NCBI GenBank assembly: GCA_963555815.3
Contig: CAUVWX020000002.1
Span: 384,001-448,000, forward strand
Source of the DNA: a bacterium
GTDB taxonomy: Bacteria; UBA8248; JACPRG01; G963555815
Reading direction: 5' to 3'
DNA: 64,000 nt
The translations under genes and the position numbers were made by a program. Under the pieces are notes generated by a model. That model was not told the DNA's origin. It made no database searches and was given only the letters and a program-made list of their open reading frames with translations. Positions 19,652 to 27,699 of the stretch are shown in pieces (within the stretch, counting starts at the first letter, position 1; each line of letters opens with the position of its first letter).

Positions 19652-19780
19652 TCTTCCCTTTCCCCCTGCTTCCCATGTTAATGCCCCTTCGCACCCCCGT
19701 CAACGCCAAACGCCCGGCCCACCCTTGACCCCTCCAGGGGGATTATGCAAACGTGGTGGGGTTTATCTTCGGAGGTTTTC

Positions 19781-20071
19781 ATGGACCTTGAGAAGCTGAG
19801 GCAAGAGATCGACGCCATCGACCAGGAGATCCTCGAGCTCCTGAATCGACGGGCTTCCTTGGCACTTTCCATCGGCGCCATCAAGCGCGATCGGGGGGAG
19901 CCGGTCCGGTCCCCCGATCGCGAGCGGGCCATCCTGGACCGCCTTCGCCAGCGATCCAAAGGCCCTTTGTCCGAGCGGGTGGTGGTGGACCTCTTCTCTC
20001 ACATTATCGCTGAGACCCGATCCCTAGAGGGGGCGATGGGAGAGGCGGCCCCCAAAGAAAAAGGCCCTTGA
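19781..20071 (+). CDS. Chorismate mutase (AroQ type II)
   Basis: LEKLRQEIDAIDQEILELLNRR...PDRE. Confidence 0.88.
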   Translation: MDLEKLRQEIDAIDQEILELLNRRASLALSIGAIKRDRGEPVRSPDRERAILDRLRQRSKGPLSERVVVDLFSHIIAETRSLEGAMGEAAPKEKGP

Positions 20072-20121
20072 CAAGCCAAGGCAACCCACGCCAAATTGTC
20101 TCTTTGTGAAAAGTTGAACAG
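20068..20121 (+). promoter_or_regulatory. atp promoter (TTGACA -35) with a candidate Rex operator
   Basis: TTGACA at 20068; TTGTGAA-AAGT-TGAACAG at 20104-20121 matches 11/14 of TTGTGAAn4TTCACAA. Confidence 0.55.
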
Positions 20122-20145
20122 CCTCTCCGGCTTTTAGAGGCCTCC

Positions 20146-20400
20146 TTGAGCACAGATCCCCAGGACGAGCGGAGACGGACATACCGTGAATTGGGCCGGC
20201 TCATCTCCCTGGGTTGGGAGTTTGCCCTGGCCATCCTGGTGGGGCTGGGTCTCGGGCTTCTCACAGACCGCTGGCTGCCCACCCGTCCCTGGGGAACGTT
20301 GATCTTTCTCCTCTTTGGGATTGCGGCGGGTTTCGTCAACTTCTTTCGGGTAACGCTTGGAGATGGTCGCAAGGGAAAAGGGGGTGTTTCAGGCGATTGA
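20146..20400 (+). CDS. AtpZ/AtpI family protein
   Basis: GLGLGLLTDRWLPTRPWGTLIFLLFGIAAGF; first gene of the atp operon. Confidence 0.88.
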   Translation: MSTDPQDERRRTYRELGRLISLGWEFALAILVGLGLGLLTDRWLPTRPWGTLIFLLFGIAAGFVNFFRVTLGDGRKGKGGVSGD

Positions 20401-20749
20401 GCGCCGGGGCTGGGGATTGGTCCTGGGGTGTACCGTCTTGAGTGTCTTCCTCTTTCCCTCCCGGGTCACCTTAGGGCTCCTTTTTGGAGGGTCCCTTGGC
20501 CTGGTCAACTTCCACCTCCTAAAAGTCTACTTCACCCGGGTTCTGAAGGGGGGCCGCCCCCGCACCTGGCTTCTTCACGTGGCCTACGCGGGAAAGTTCG
20601 TGGCCATCGCGGGGCTCCTCATCCTGGCCTTGGCTCAGGGGGGGCTTCATCCATTGGGGATCTCGGCCGGTATCTTCCTCACCATCGTCGCGATTGTGTG
20701 GGGGGCGTTGATGCCGGCGAAAGGGCGCTTGGGAGTCGGGCAGACTTAG
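20357..20749 (+). CDS. atpI: ATP synthase subunit I
   Basis: 4 TM helices, GLLFGGSLGLVNF, directly upstream of atpB; start uncertain. Confidence 0.8.
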   Translation: MEMVAREKGVFQAIERRGWGLVLGCTVLSVFLFPSRVTLGLLFGGSLGLVNFHLLKVYFTRVLKGGRPRTWLLHVAYAGKFVAIAGLLILALAQGGLHPLGISAGIFLTIVAIVWGALMPAKGRLGVGQT

Positions 20750-20768
20750 CCAAGTAGCACGCAGAGAA

Positions 20769-21455
20769 ATGCAGGAATCATATCTCTATTTTTCTATCCC
20801 AGGATGGGGCAGCTATCCCCACGTTTCCTATACCTGGCTTCTCATGGCCGGCCTTCTGGTGATCTCCCTTGTCGTCACCCGAGGACTTCAGCTTGTCCCC
20901 TACCGGGGGCAGAACCTCTTTGAAACGGTCTTCGATGGGGTGTTGGGGTTGATAGAAGACATCATGGGCCCTCAGGGCCGGCGCTACTTTCCTCTCATCG
21001 CGACCCTTGGCCTTTTCATCCTTATCTCGAATCTGATGGGGCTGATCCCGGGTGCGATATCGCCCACGGCCAATCCCAACACCACGGCGGGGTGCGCCAT
21101 CACCGTCTTTTTCGCCACCCACTACGTGGGGCTCCGGACCCATGGTTGGAGGTATGTTCGCCAGTTCACGGGCCCCGTCTGGTGGCTTGCACCCATCATG
21201 TTCCCCATCGAGGTCATTTCCCACTTCACCCGCCCTCTTTCTCTTTCGGTCCGCCTTTTCGTCAATATCTTCGCAGACGAAACGGTCCTGCTGATCCTGT
21301 TCTTCCTTGGGGTGCTCTTCAAGGGGTTCTACGTCCCCATGGTGATCCCCTCCCTGATGATCCTCTTCGCCATATTTGTCGCCATGGTCCAGACCTTTGT
21401 CTTCATCTTGCTCTCCATGATCTATCTTTCTGGTGCCCTTGAGGAAGAACATTGA
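20769..21455 (+). CDS. atpB: F0F1 ATP synthase subunit a
   Basis: QNLFE, NLMGLIP, RPLSLSVRLFVNI, QTFVF. Confidence 0.97.
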   Translation: MQESYLYFSIPGWGSYPHVSYTWLLMAGLLVISLVVTRGLQLVPYRGQNLFETVFDGVLGLIEDIMGPQGRRYFPLIATLGLFILISNLMGLIPGAISPTANPNTTAGCAITVFFATHYVGLRTHGWRYVRQFTGPVWWLAPIMFPIEVISHFTRPLSLSVRLFVNIFADETVLLILFFLGVLFKGFYVPMVIPSLMILFAIFVAMVQTFVFILLSMIYLSGALEEEH

Positions 21456-21478
21456 GCCATCGAGGAAAGGAGCGGTTC

Positions 21479-21832
21479 ATGCATCGAAAAGCCTGGCAGG
21501 TGGGACTCCTTACAGTGTGGATCCTGTTGGCGGGGACGTCCGTCGCCTTGGCCCAGGAGGATGGGGCGGCAGGGCAACAGACGACCTATTTCATGGTGGC
21601 GGCCTTCAGCGCCATCTTCGGGTTGGCCATTGCCGCCATCGGGGGGGCCACGGCCCAGGGGAAGAGCATTGTGAAAGCCGTTGAGGGCATCGCTCGAAAC
21701 CCTGGAGCCGCCGCAGATATCCGGACCTCTCTGATTATCGGCCTGGCCCTCATCGAATCTCTGGTTATCTACACCCTTCTGGTAAGCCTGGTTCTTCTCT
21801 TCGTGGACCCCTTCGGCCTCGTGGGAGGCTGA
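21479..21832 (+). CDS. atpE: F0F1 ATP synthase subunit c
   Basis: EGIARNP loop, GLALIESLVIY. Confidence 0.97.
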   Translation: MHRKAWQVGLLTVWILLAGTSVALAQEDGAAGQQTTYFMVAAFSAIFGLAIAAIGGATAQGKSIVKAVEGIARNPGAAADIRTSLIIGLALIESLVIYTLLVSLVLLFVDPFGLVGG

Positions 21833-21943
21833 GGGAGAGGGACATCCGGGCAGGTGGTGGTGGCAGACCCGGGCATCCCCGGGATGTGAACCAGGAAAGG
21901 ATGAGCTCGCCTCATCCTCCTCTTGCTTTTGGCCGGGGGGCAC

Positions 21944-22636
21944 ATGCCCGCTCGAAGGCGTTCCACCTCTCTCAGGGCTGACATTGCGCGCCAGCGGATC
22001 CCAAAGGCCGCTGTTTACCGCCTTTCGGTCTACGGCCGGATCCTTCAGGAGCTAGATGAGGAGGGGGTCCGAGTGGCCTCCTCGGCGGGTCTGGCGGATC
22101 GGAGCGGGTTTAACCCGGCCCAGATCCGCAAAGATCTTGCCTACTTTGGGGAGTTCGGGATCCGCGGCGTCGGCTACATGGTCCGAGAGCTCCGCCAGGT
22201 TCTTCGAGACATCCTCGGGGTCACGCAAAAATGGAAGGTGGCCCTGGTGGGCGCGGGAAACCTCGGCTCAGCCCTTATGGCCTACCAGGGATTCCAGGCT
22301 CATGGGTTCTGTTTCGAGGCGGTCTTCGATAAATACCCCAGGGACCGGGCAAAACGCACTCAGAATCTGAAGGTCTACGGAATGGGCGCGCTTCGGCGCA
22401 TCATCCGCTCTCGAGGAATCCGGATGGCCGTTGTGGCCGTGCCCGCCAAGGGGGCCCAGGTGGTGGTGGATCAGCTGGCAGAAGCGGGGGTGACCGCCAT
22501 CTTGAACTTCGCCCCCACCCCTCTCTCGGTCCCCCCCCACGTGAAACTGCGAAACGTGGATTTAAGTCTGGAACTGGAGGGGCTTTCCTATTATCTCTCT
22601 TGGGAGAAAAGGCGTCGTGGCCAGAGAGGCCGTTGA
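21944..22636 (+). CDS. rex: Redox-sensing transcriptional repressor Rex
   Basis: RLSVY, QIRKDLAYFGEFGIRGVGY, GAGNLGSAL, ILNFAP. Confidence 0.96.
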   Translation: MPARRRSTSLRADIARQRIPKAAVYRLSVYGRILQELDEEGVRVASSAGLADRSGFNPAQIRKDLAYFGEFGIRGVGYMVRELRQVLRDILGVTQKWKVALVGAGNLGSALMAYQGFQAHGFCFEAVFDKYPRDRAKRTQNLKVYGMGALRRIIRSRGIRMAVVAVPAKGAQVVVDQLAEAGVTAILNFAPTPLSVPPHVKLRNVDLSLELEGLSYYLSWEKRRRGQRGR

Positions 22637-23363
22637 CGTGCTGAAGGGACCGGTCCTGGGCATAGACACGGCCACCTCTTCGGCCGGCGTGGCCCTCGTG
22701 AAGGGGGGCGAGGTTCGGGCCCAGTTCCTCCTCTCGTCTGGACGCACCCATGCCCACGCCCTGGCCTGGCTCATCAGAAGGGCCTTGGAGGCTCTGGGCA
22801 TGAAAGCCCAGGACCTCGGCGGGGTGGCGGTTTCGGCCGGTCCGGGTTCCTTCACAGGCCTTCGGATCGGGATCGGGACAGCCCTGGGTCTCATCGCTGC
22901 CCTGCGCATCCCCTTGGTCGGGATAGAAACCCTGTGGGCCTATGCCCAAGGGGTGGGTCCTCACCCTCTCTGGCTTTGTCCAACCCTCGATGCGAGGAAG
23001 GGTGAGGTCTTCGCGGCCCTCTTCCGCTATGGAGAGGGAGGGCTCCAGCGCGAAGGCGAAGACTGGGTCCTCCCCCCGGAGGTTTTGTGCGGGCGAATCC
23101 AAGGGCCCACCCTCTTCTTCGGGGAAGGGTCGGAACGCTACCGGGATCTCCTCTCGGCCCGGGTGGGAGGATGGGCGCACTTCCTTCCGCCCTCCCAGTG
23201 GCCGCCGGGGGCGGCGCAGGTGGCCCTGGCGGGATGGACCCGAATCTCTCGTGGGGAGTCGGAATCCGCCGCTGGATTCCGGCCGAAGTATGTTCGGGAT
23301 TCAGACGCGGAGTTGATGTGGCGCCGTCGGTATGGGGCAGAAAAGGGAACAACTATGGTATAA
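22617..23363 (+). CDS. tsaB: t6A biosynthesis protein TsaB
   Basis: LGIDTAT, GPGSFTGLRIG, DARKGEV, PKYVR. Confidence 0.94.
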   Translation: MAREAVDVLKGPVLGIDTATSSAGVALVKGGEVRAQFLLSSGRTHAHALAWLIRRALEALGMKAQDLGGVAVSAGPGSFTGLRIGIGTALGLIAALRIPLVGIETLWAYAQGVGPHPLWLCPTLDARKGEVFAALFRYGEGGLQREGEDWVLPPEVLCGRIQGPTLFFGEGSERYRDLLSARVGGWAHFLPPSQWPPGAAQVALAGWTRISRGESESAAGFRPKYVRDSDAELMWRRRYGAEKGTTMV

Positions 23364-23409
23364 TGCTCGATTTTCGGGGATCTTCCTCTTTACTCATCAT
23401 GGAGGGACC

Positions 23410-23643
23410 ATGGAGGATGCGACCCTGATTGAACGGCTTCGGCGGGAAAGTTCAGAATTTTCCCGTCTCTATGAGGACCATCAACACCTGGCCCACGAGG
23501 TCGATGAGCTTGAGCGGGCCCCTCATCTAACTGCTGAACAAGAACTTGAGCTAAAGCGCCTTAAAAAATTGAAACTCAAAGGAAAAGATACTATGACTAA
23601 GCTTGTGGAGCAGCAAAAAAACCGGCCCACTTCAGAGAGCTGA
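23410..23643 (+). CDS. DUF465/YdcH family protein
   Basis: H..L...V..L...LKKLKLKGKD; GGAGG RBS. Confidence 0.85.
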   Translation: MEDATLIERLRRESSEFSRLYEDHQHLAHEVDELERAPHLTAEQELELKRLKKLKLKGKDTMTKLVEQQKNRPTSES

Positions 23644-23653
23644 AAGGTTTAAA

Positions 23654-25330
23654 ATGGAGAAGACCGGGTCCGAAATCATCATTGAGGAGCTGAAGCGCCA
23701 GGGGGTGGACCTCATCTTCGGCATGCCGGGGGGGGCCATCATGCCCCTCTACGACGCCCTCTACGAAAGCGGTATCCGACACATCCTCATCCGCCACGAA
23801 CAGGCGGCAGCCATGGCCGCCGACGGATACGCCCGCTCCACGGGGCGGGTTGGGGTGTGTTTCACCACCTCAGGCCCCGGGGCCACGAACCTGGTGACGG
23901 GACTCGCCAACGCCCAGATGGACTCGGTCCCTCTGGTGGTCGTCACGGGACAAGTGGCCACCTACATGATTGGGAGCGATGCCTTTCAGGAAGCCGACAT
24001 GTACGGAATTAGCCTCCCCTGTACGAAATACAACTATCTGGTGAAGGACGTGCAACGCCTTCCCCAGATCGTCCGGGAGGCTTTTCACATCGCTCGTACA
24101 GGCCGTCCCGGACCGGTCCTCATTGACCTGCCCAAGGACATCCAGATCGCCACGATGGACTACGACCCTGGGATGGAGGTCGACCTCACCGTGGTCACCC
24201 GCGAGCCATCGCCCGAGGTGGACCAGGAAGTCATCGCCCGCATGGCGGACGCCATTCACAGGGCGAGGCGGCCCATCATCTACGCGGGAGGGGGGGTCGT
24301 CCACTCGGGCTGCTACGATCTCCTCAAGCAGTTCGTGGAACTCACCCAAATCCCCATCACGACGACCGTCATGGCCCTCGGCATCTTCCCGATGCGCCAT
24401 CCCCTCTGCCTTGGGATGCCCGGCATGCACGGGAGCCACGCCGTGAACTATGCCATCTCGGAGAGCGATTGCTTGATCTCCCTGGGAGTCCGCTTCGATG
24501 ACCGGGTGACGGGGGATCTCAACAAGTTTGCGCCCAAGGCCACGATCCTCCATGTGGACATCGATGCGGCGGAGATCGGAAAGCGGGTCCGCCCCCACCT
24601 CTCCCTCCACGCCAACGTGGCTGACGCCCTGAAGGAGCTGGTGAAGGTGGTCGAGCCCGGGGACTGTGCCGCTTGGCGTGAGGAGATCGCTGCGAGCAAC
24701 CGGAAGTTTCCCATGGGCTACCATTCGGACGGCAGCCTCAAACCCCAATACCTTCTCGAGCAGCTCTCGGAGGTGATCGGGGGGAACGCCATCATGACCA
24801 CAGGGGTCGGCCAGCACCAGATGTGGGCGGCCCAGTTCTGCTCCTTTGACAAGCCCCGTCATTGGCTCACCTCCGGGGGGCTTGGCGCAATGGGCTATGG
24901 CCTTCCGGCCGCCATCGGGGCCCAGCTCGCCCACCCCGACAAGCTGGTCATCAACCTGGACGGAGACGGGAGCTTTCAGGTTAACCTCCAAGAACTGGCC
25001 ACCATCGACCAATACGGGATCCCCGTCAAGACCATCATCCTCAACAACCAGTACCTGGGAATGGTCCGCCAGTGGCAGGAGTACTTCTTCCGGCGCCGCT
25101 ACTCGGAAACCCATTACACCCGAAACCCCGACTTTGCGAAGGTGGCCGAGGGGTTCGGGGTGAGAGGAATGCAGCTGAAGAAGGTGGAGGAGGTCCGCCC
25201 GGTTCTAGAAGAGGCGCTGTCTTATGATGGCCCTGTGGTGCTTGACGTTTTCATTGCCCAGGAGGAGAACGTCCTCCCCTTAGTCCCCGCGGGCAAGAGC
25301 CTGGCAGAGGTGATCGACTTCATCGAATAG
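23654..25330 (+). CDS. ilvB: Acetolactate synthase large subunit
   Basis: RHEQAAA, TSGPGATN, RFDDRVTG, GVGQHQMW, GDGSF...NNQYLGMVRQWQ. Confidence 0.97.
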   Translation: MEKTGSEIIIEELKRQGVDLIFGMPGGAIMPLYDALYESGIRHILIRHEQAAAMAADGYARSTGRVGVCFTTSGPGATNLVTGLANAQMDSVPLVVVTGQVATYMIGSDAFQEADMYGISLPCTKYNYLVKDVQRLPQIVREAFHIARTGRPGPVLIDLPKDIQIATMDYDPGMEVDLTVVTREPSPEVDQEVIARMADAIHRARRPIIYAGGGVVHSGCYDLLKQFVELTQIPITTTVMALGIFPMRHPLCLGMPGMHGSHAVNYAISESDCLISLGVRFDDRVTGDLNKFAPKATILHVDIDAAEIGKRVRPHLSLHANVADALKELVKVVEPGDCAAWREEIAASNRKFPMGYHSDGSLKPQYLLEQLSEVIGGNAIMTTGVGQHQMWAAQFCSFDKPRHWLTSGGLGAMGYGLPAAIGAQLAHPDKLVINLDGDGSFQVNLQELATIDQYGIPVKTIILNNQYLGMVRQWQEYFFRRRYSETHYTRNPDFAKVAEGFGVRGMQLKKVEEVRPVLEEALSYDGPVVLDVFIAQEENVLPLVPAGKSLAEVIDFIE

Positions 25331-25343
25331 GTGACCGAAGACC

Positions 25344-25850
25344 GTGAGGCGCATTCTTTCCATCATGGTTCGAAACCACCCGGGGGTCCTCTCCCATGTG
25401 GCAGGACTGTTTACGCGCCGCGCCTTCAACATCGAGAGCGTTGCCGCCGGGCCGACAGAAAATCCAGACGTCACCCGTATCCACATCGTGGCTCTGGGGG
25501 ATGAGCGGCAGATCGACCAGGTCATCAAGCAGATCCAAAAGCTCATCGATGTTCTGGAGGTCTCCGTCCTCACATACGCTGGCTCGGTCACACGGGAGCT
25601 CGTCCTGGTGACGATCTCCTCCTCCCAAGACAGCCGCCAGGAAATCCTCCAGCTAGCTGATGTCCTCGGGGGCAAGGTGGTGGATCTCACGGTCCGGGCC
25701 ATTACCCTGGAGTTCAGCGGTAACGAGCGTCAGGTTAACAATGCCCTTCGCATGGTCGAGCGATTCGGCATCAAACGAATGGCTCGCACAGGGATGGTCG
25801 CCCTCCCCTTCGAAAGCATCTTAGAAGCGGCCCGGGAGCCGATGAGCTGA
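25344..25850 (+). CDS. ilvN: Acetolactate synthase small subunit (full length)
   Basis: NHPGVLSHVAGLFTRRAFNIES...KQIQKLIDV...MARTG. Confidence 0.93.
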   Translation: MRRILSIMVRNHPGVLSHVAGLFTRRAFNIESVAAGPTENPDVTRIHIVALGDERQIDQVIKQIQKLIDVLEVSVLTYAGSVTRELVLVTISSSQDSRQEILQLADVLGGKVVDLTVRAITLEFSGNERQVNNALRMVERFGIKRMARTGMVALPFESILEAAREPMS

Positions 25851-25855
25851 GTCCC

Positions 25856-26149
25856 ATGGGCGACGAGGCGAGACGTCATACCATCGCAGTTCTGGTGGAA
25901 AATAAATTCGGTGTCCTGGCCCGGGTCGCTGGGTTTTTCAGCAGCCGGGGCTTCAATATTGAGAGCCTCTCGGACATTTTCCGCGCTAAGGTGGTGGACG
26001 TCTCCCCCAAGACATACACCTTGGAGGTGACCGGGGATCAGGGGAAGATCCGGGCCATGCTCGACCTCCTGCATCCTTACGGCGTCAAGGAGATCGCCCG
26101 CTCGGGCAAGGTGGCCCTCGCCCGAGGAACTCAGGCCATGAAAACATGA
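25856..26149 (+). pseudogene. ilvN: Second ilvN copy with an in-frame internal deletion (97 aa)
   Basis: ENKFGVLARVAGFFSSRGFNIESLS joined directly to DIFRAKVVDVSPKTYTLEVTG...EIARSG. Confidence 0.75.
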
Positions 26150-26802
26150 AGATGGCGGTGAACAGCCGAAGGCGTCTTCCCATCGCGAGAGAAGGGTACC
26201 TCTACTTCGGGGTAGGGGCTCTTGCGGCCCTTCTCGCCGGCTTCCTGGGTTGGCCCATCCTGGCAGCGGGGCTCGGCGTCCTCGCCCTTTTTGTGGCCTA
26301 CTTCTTCAGGGACCCGGAGCGTCCTATCCCCAAGGACCCCCTGGCCATCCTCTCCCCTGCCGACGGCCGTGTGGTTCTCATTCAAAAGCCCCAACGGGAG
26401 GTTGACCCGGGCGGGGGGTCTATCCAGATTAGCATCTTCCTCTCTCTTTTCAATGTCCACGTGAACCGATCGCCTCTTGGAGGACGGGTCCTTTCCACCG
26501 ATTACCGACCGGGGCGTTTTCTGGCGGCCTTCAAGTCCGAGGCCTCTGATCTGAACGAGCAAAATGCAATTCAAATTGACAATGGTAATCTAAAGGTGAC
26601 GGTGAGACAGATCGCGGGGTTTTTGGCCCGACGCATCGTCTGCTGGGCCGAGCCCGGCGATGAGGTGGCGCCAGGCGAACGCCTCGGACTGATCCGATTC
26701 GGCTCTCGTGTAGACCTCATTCTCCCCGCAGGAGTCCGTCTCGAGGTGGCCGAAGGGGATCGGGTGAAGGCGGGCAAGGACATCGTGGCCTGGGTCCGCT
26801 AG
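26146..26802 (+). CDS. psd: Phosphatidylserine decarboxylase (short type)
   Basis: FFRDPER, SPADGRV, NVHVNRSP, RFGSRVD. Confidence 0.95.
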   Translation: MKMAVNSRRRLPIAREGYLYFGVGALAALLAGFLGWPILAAGLGVLALFVAYFFRDPERPIPKDPLAILSPADGRVVLIQKPQREVDPGGGSIQISIFLSLFNVHVNRSPLGGRVLSTDYRPGRFLAAFKSEASDLNEQNAIQIDNGNLKVTVRQIAGFLARRIVCWAEPGDEVAPGERLGLIRFGSRVDLILPAGVRLEVAEGDRVKAGKDIVAWVR

Positions 26803-26818
26803 AGGAGGACTACTTTTC

Positions 26819-27562
26819 ATGCGTCCGCGGGTAAAGCAGGGAATCCTCCTGGTCCCCAGCCTTCTCACAACGGCCAACGCCTTCGCAGGGTTCTACGCTC
26901 TGATTGCCGCCCTGAATGGGCTTGTCTATCAGGCAGGGGCCGCCATCCTTCTGGCCATGCTTTTTGACATCCTAGACGGCCGGGTGGCCCGCTACACCCG
27001 TTCGGCCAGTCGCTTTGGCCTGGAGTATGACGCCCTGGTCGACCTCCTCTCCTTCGGGGTGGCCCCGGGGATTCTTCTCTACACCTGGGCCCTTCAGCCC
27101 CACGGTCGGATGGGATGGTTGGCAGTCTTCCTCTATGTCATCTGTGGGGCGCTTCGCCTGGCCCGGTTCAATGTCCAGAGCCGGCCCGAGAAGGCCGGAG
27201 ACTTTGTGGGCCTTCCCACCCCCGGTGCCGCGGGTGTTGTGGCCGCAGCGGTTATGTTCTTTGAGAAATTCGCCCCGCTGCCCGTCCCCCCTGCCCTCGG
27301 GGTGGCCCTCATGGCTTACTGCCTGGCCTTCCTCATGGTGAGCAATCTTCGCTACCGCAGTTTTAAGAAACTGCAGCTCCGGGAGAGAAAGCCTTTCCAC
27401 CTCCTGGTCGGCTCAGTTCTCCTCCTGATAGTGGTGGCCGCCTTTCCCCACCTTTCCCTCTTCCTTGCCCTGTTCGCCTACGCCTTATCAGGACCCGCAG
27501 AGAGGCTGTGGTCTCTCGCGCGAGTCAGGGTGAGAAGGCTTGCCAAGGAGACCGAGAACTGA
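26819..27562 (+). CDS. pssA: CDP-diacylglycerol--serine O-phosphatidyltransferase
   Basis: DILDGRVAR...DLLSFGVAP...ALRLARFN...FVGLPTP. Confidence 0.95.
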   Translation: MRPRVKQGILLVPSLLTTANAFAGFYALIAALNGLVYQAGAAILLAMLFDILDGRVARYTRSASRFGLEYDALVDLLSFGVAPGILLYTWALQPHGRMGWLAVFLYVICGALRLARFNVQSRPEKAGDFVGLPTPGAAGVVAAAVMFFEKFAPLPVPPALGVALMAYCLAFLMVSNLRYRSFKKLQLRERKPFHLLVGSVLLLIVVAAFPHLSLFLALFAYALSGPAERLWSLARVRVRRLAKETEN

Positions 27563-27699
27563 GGGGCAATCTTGTTCTTGTTGACACGACCAGGACCATC
27601 CATAGTATCCTCCAACTGACCTGAATTCATTGACCCGGGTCGGTGAGAACCGGCCGGGTAAGGATTCCTTTACAACTACGACTCCTTCAGAGGGCCTCT

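Noticed and set aside
23870..25114. 414-aa antisense ORF over ilvB, and many similar shadow ORFs (11691-12659, 13126-14247, 18710-19681, 61608-62765)
   Set aside because: They mirror well-supported genes, are expected in GC-rich DNA and show no motifs
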